The notes beneath the pieces were generated by a model. It was not told where the DNA came from. It saw only the letters and a program-made list of their open reading frames with translations, and searched no databases. Shown here piece by piece: positions 59,418 to 64,000 of a stretch of 64,000 nt of DNA. The translations under genes and the position numbers were made by a program. The DNA lies in assembly GCF_009914755.1 (NCBI RefSeq), contig NC_060931.1, one strand, 5' to 3'. Origin of the DNA: the human T2T-CHM13v2.0 reference genome, Homo sapiens. Each line of letters opens with the position of its first letter. Within the stretch, counting starts at the first letter, position 1.

Positions 59418-59804
59418 ATATTATATTATTAAGAGTGCCATAACATAATAGCACAGCCTGGGTAGCTTAAACAACTGAAATTTATTTTCTCATAAATCTG
59501 GAGGCTAAAAATCCAAGATTAAGGTGTCAGCAGGTTTAGTTTTCTCTGAGGCCTCCCTCTTTGACTTTTATATTGCCAACCTTTCCTTTTTTCCCCATAT
59601 GGTTTATTTGTCTCTGTTGTCTGTGTCCTAATACCCTCTGCATAAGAAAAGGACACAAGTCATATTGGATTAGGGCCCGTGCTAATGACCCCATTTTAAC
59701 TTAGTTACCTCTTCAAAGACCCTATCTCCAAATACAGCCACATCATTATATATTGGGCATTAGGGCTTCAACATTTGAATTTGGGAAACAATGCAACCCA
59801 TACC
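59418..59804 (-). mobile_element. MLT1A-like MaLR solo LTR within a MIR
   Basis: TGCCATAACA..GCTTAAACAAC.GAAATTTATTTTCTCA..TCTGGAGGCT..CCCTATCTCCAAATACAG..GGGCTTCAACA. Confidence 0.85.
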
Positions 59805-59849
59805 TGAGAAAATGACATTTATCTCATATGATTTTTGTGATGAACACAG

Positions 59850-62060
59850 AATAGTGTGTTTATTCATTCCTAGTGTTGGAACGTTGTGTTATTTATAGCT
59901 TTGGGGATATGATCTATAAAGCAGTTAACAATATTTTTCGTACATATTTGGGTGGATTTGTGTTTTCATTTGTCTTGGATAACTTCCAATAAGCAAAAAT
60001 GCCAGGTAGCATATTAAATTCATATTTAAATTAAGATACTGCTAAAGTGTTTCCAAAGTGTCTGTACCAGTTTGTATTCCCATCAGCAGCATTTGGAAGT
60101 TTAATTTGGTCTACTTCTTTGCCAGTACTTGATACCATTTTTTTTTAATGCTAGCCATTGTAGTGAATATGTAGTGACATATAATTTTGATTTTTGAATT
60201 TGCAATTATATGATAACTAGTGATGTTGGCTTTTTTTCATGTGATTATTGGCCATTTGCATAGCTTCTTTGGAAAAATGGTCAAATCTTTTGGGTTTTTT
60301 GGTGTGTGTTAATTGGGTTGTTTGTCTTTTATTATTAAATAATATTAGTTCCTTAGATGTCTGTATACAAGTCAATTAAAAGATACATGTTTGTGAAAAA
60401 GTTTCTCCCACTCTGCAGCTGGTCAATTTGTTTGGTTTTTGTAAATATGCCTTTTGAAGGACGAAAGATTATAAACCTAAGGTCTATTTTACCTTTTTTT
60501 TCTCTCTATACATAGGATTTATGTTGCCTAGTTTTAAAGTAAAAATAACTTTGCTTCACCAAATATCACAAATATTTATTCCTATTTTCTCCTGGAATTT
60601 TGATAGTTTTAGTTTTTACATTTAGGTAAAAGAAACTTTGAGTTAGATTTTTGTATATGGTTTGAAGAGACTCATTGTTGATTATTTTCTATTCAGTTAT
60701 TCCATACAATTTATAGAAAACCTCTTTTCTGATTGAATTACTTAGAAAGCTTTATACATTTTTCCATCTATTTCTCCTACGTATATTATAAACATCATAA
60801 GATAGTGTTACTTTTTTTTAACAGCATATGCTTATCAGGAACTAAGATATTATTAATAGAGAAGAAAGTCAAACATATTATTTTCCATTTACTCAGATAT
60901 TTTTTATTGTAAAACTCTTCTTTCTTTTCTGAGGAGTGGTTTCCATTTCACACATTTTTTTCTTCTTTTCTTAGATGCCTTCCTGCATTGTTTCCTACAG
61001 TTCAGGTCTGATGAAAATTGATTCTCTTACTTTTATCTGAAAATATCTATAAGAAATCCTCTTTCTTGAATGATATTTTAGGTGAATATAGGATTCTTTA
61101 ATTACAGATTTTTTTTTTAAAAAAAAAAGAAAGCTGGAGATGTTCCACTCTCTTCCCTTCTTCATGAATTTTGATGAAAAGTTAGCAATTAAGCAGATTG
61201 TTGTTCCTGTATATCTAACATGTCATTTTTCATTTGTCACTTTCAATATTTGTTCTTTATCTCTGGCATTCAGCAGTCTGAATATGATGTTCCTGAGCTT
61301 GCGCTTCCTTCTGTTTATTATGGTTGGTATTTGCTCAATATCTTGGATTTAGAAATTTCCATATCTTGCCAAATTTGGAAAACATGTAGAGAATAGTATC
61401 TTCACCTTGTTTTTGCTCCATTTTTTAAAACTGTTTTCTTTGTGATACCCTAATTATGCAATGTCCAAGGACCATTTGCTATAATCTAACAGGTCTTTAT
61501 TTTTTATATTTTTCCTGTTTGCTATTTACTTGGATCCTTAATATTAATCTATCTTCAATATACTTTCTCTTTATTCTGCCATTTTATTTGGCTATAAAAT
61601 TTCATCTTTTTCCCCAGAAACTGCATTGCCCAGTTCTAGATTTTCCATTTTCATTGTTTCTAACTCTCAGCTCAAATCTATTTATCTGTTGAGATTTTTA
61701 TTAATCATGCTTTATTTTCATGTATTACACATAGTTATAACAGATTCTTTTAAATCCTTGCAATTTAGTTGAAATATGTTGTTCATCACATGTTCTTGGC
61801 TGAGTTTGATGTTATCCTCTCTGGCCCTTTCCCTTCCAGGGTTCCTCCACTCTTTTCAGTGTTCATAGTATACAATCCTTTCTTTCCCCATGCAAGGATG
61901 ATTATTTCCACAAGTGTCTCCAACACATTTTTGCATGCATCGTGAACTGCTAGCTACAGGCTAAAATCTTAAATGGGAGGAGTCCTTAGATATATAGTTC
62001 TCTATATGCTCTCCTTCACATACTCAGTCCCCAAAGGGCACTGTCTTCTTCTGTTCCTTT
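59850..62060 (-). mobile_element. Ancient L1M(D/E) remnants
   Basis: Antisense 3' ORF2 motifs at 59900-60750 and ORF1-like motifs at 60950-61800. Confidence 0.6.
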
Positions 62061-62067
62061 TCCAGTA

Positions 62068-62917
62068 CAACGAGTCCTCGATGACATCATTTTCATTCAA
62101 TGTTGTTTTATTATAATGTTGATGAGAAAAAAAATGTCATTTCTAGCTAGGGCCGCTGTCTGCCTGGAGTTCGCATGTTCTCCCTGTGTGTATGTGGGTT
62201 TCCTTCAGGTACTCTGGTTTCCTCCCAACTGCCAAAGATGTGCATATCAGATGAACTGGTGTGTCTTCATTGTTCTAGTCTGTGTGAATGTATTTTTGTG
62301 TATGAGTACTGCTGTGATTAAATACAGCCTTGGCCAGGGTGGTTTCCACTCAGAGTCCTGAGATGCTATAGGCACTTGCCACTCACAACCCTGAACTGGA
62401 CTAAGCATGTTGGAAAGTGAATGACTGAATAAAAAAGAATAATTGTAAAATAAATATTTGCCGTAAACAATAATCATACAAATGCATGATAATAAACAAT
62501 GTGGTCTAAAAACTTTCATTGAACCACCATGTTTTGTTATGGTTTTTGAACTGCTTGGAAGTAGGACATGCTGCTTACAGTTTTCACCTTGCAAATATTT
62601 ATTGCTTGATTTAACCCACCACCACTATGACCACCATCACTTACTAATTCACCAAAAATTGGGTCAATTCTTATTTTATTTGTTTTCATTAATCTTTCTC
62701 AAATGCATATATAGCTCACATTTATTTCAATGTTTAATATTAGAAGTGACTTTTATCTTTATGTAGAAGTTTGGTGATTGTTGTGACCAGAAATATGCCA
62801 TAGGAACTTAATAGTTTTTTATATCTATTAGTATAGGGTAAAATTTGATTCCTTATACATTGTTCCTTTTTAATTCACAGTTTCCAAGAACATGTCAATG
62901 CTATAAAGGACTTACTA
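62068..62917 (+). mobile_element. Full-length MER6 (Tigger-type DNA transposon)
   Basis: CAACGAGTCCTCGA..TTATAATGTTGATGAGAAAAAAA..TGGAGTTCGCATGTTCTCCC..GTTTCCTCCCA; ends CAGTTTCCAAGAAC..GGACTTACTA; TA dinucleotides on both sides. Confidence 0.9.
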
Positions 62918-63334
62918 TACTTTCAGGTAACTGTTTTTATATTATGTTTCAGTTGTTTTTCTGCAGGGAGTATTCCAATACAGTCATATCTATTGTAGTC
63001 AAATGTAGAAGTTACATAAATTATTTTTTGATATCTGAATTTTGTGTGCTAATAAATGCAGAACACTATTACAGCTACATAAATAACCAATTATTAACAG
63101 TCAACTACTGACTATACTAAGGTATGACTGAACAAGGGAGGGGATCATTCTCCAGATGTGCTAAGTTGTAGAAACAATTAATTTGGGCTAAATTAGATTA
63201 ATAGTAAAAATATTGAGGCAAAACGAAGAATTTTCAGACTACAAGGTTTTTGGATACTGGAAATAAAAGCCATGATAGGATCTAAGACTTCTAGATTATT
63301 TTAAGCATAGAATACAGAATAGTCTGCAGTCAGG

Positions 63335-63500
63335 TAGTTGGTGTAGTTTTGGGATGGTGATGGTAGTGACAGTGATGATGGTAAAAGTTGCAACAGTGCT
63401 GGTAGTGATGATTATGTCATTAGTGGTGGTGGGAATAGTAGTATTGGGGTGCTGACTAAGGTAGAAGTGGTAATGGAAATGTTGTAATGATAATGATGTC
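63335..63500. repeat. Degenerate (TGG/TGA/TAG)n low-complexity repeat
   Basis: Direct reading. Confidence 0.8.
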
Positions 63501-63894
63501 AAAATCTGGAAAAATCTATTTGAAGAATAGATTAGATAACAAGTTTCACAAAGGGATGAACATTCTTCCTTTTTCTAACATTGTGAAAATCATTCTCTTA
63601 AAAAAACGAAATGGTATTTTAATCTCAGTTTAAATAATCTTCAAAATGTAGTTGAGCCTCATTTAACCAATTTGATGTTTCCCATGAAGAATTGTTTATT
63701 TTTTAAGCTCCCACAAAGTTGTGGAAATGTGCACTCCCAAAACCAAAAGCATGTTACTCAATAAAACTATATCTGCAATTCTTTACTGGCTATGATCCTA
63801 TAGCATTTTGTTCATATTTTATAATACTTACAATGGTGAAGCACATTTATTCATTTATGTAAATTATTTGAGAATGAGGATGATGCTTATTTGT

Positions 63895-64000
63895 TCACTT
63901 ATTTATATTTTCAAAAAGTTTATTTGAGTACACAGTAAGTGTGTATATTTATGGTGTACATGAGATCTTTTGATACAAGCATGCAAAGCATAATAATCAT
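63895..64000 (-). mobile_element. L1MA2/3-like 3' end (continues past the window)
   Basis: GTGTATATTTATGGTGTACATGAGAT.TTTTGATACAAGCATGCAA. Confidence 0.8.

Overview
AT-rich primate (human-like) genomic DNA with no intact protein-coding gene, RNA gene or CRISPR array. Roughly half is transposable elements: L1s of several ages, six Alus, MaLR/ERVL/ERV1 LTRs including a complete THE1/MST-type element, and Tigger and hAT MITEs. The great majority lie on the minus strand. The main result is in the 'unique' DNA between about 9.5 and 47.3 kb. Manual minus-strand translation repeatedly gives decayed EGF-like cysteine motifs (e.g. GTYKCMC, LCKNHGG..FRCYC, PCLSNHFC, CMCx8C, DGIAGFE, REINSC, SEIIDPLVSNPCRHN), several bounded by good splice sites, including a 120-bp phase 1-1 exon. 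This looks like the fossil of a large multi-EGF-repeat extracellular protein gene (Notch/Crumbs/EYS/fibropellin-type modules), now full of stops and frameshifts. Secondary observations are two L1PA copies 16 kb apart that share private substitutions in a mosaic pattern, two twin-primed L1s, a truncated MER52 LTR flanked by a ~60-bp duplication, and an inverted local templated insertion. Repeat subfamily names come from recalled consensus sequences, not from a search. The EGF calls come from manual translation and need profile-HMM confirmation.
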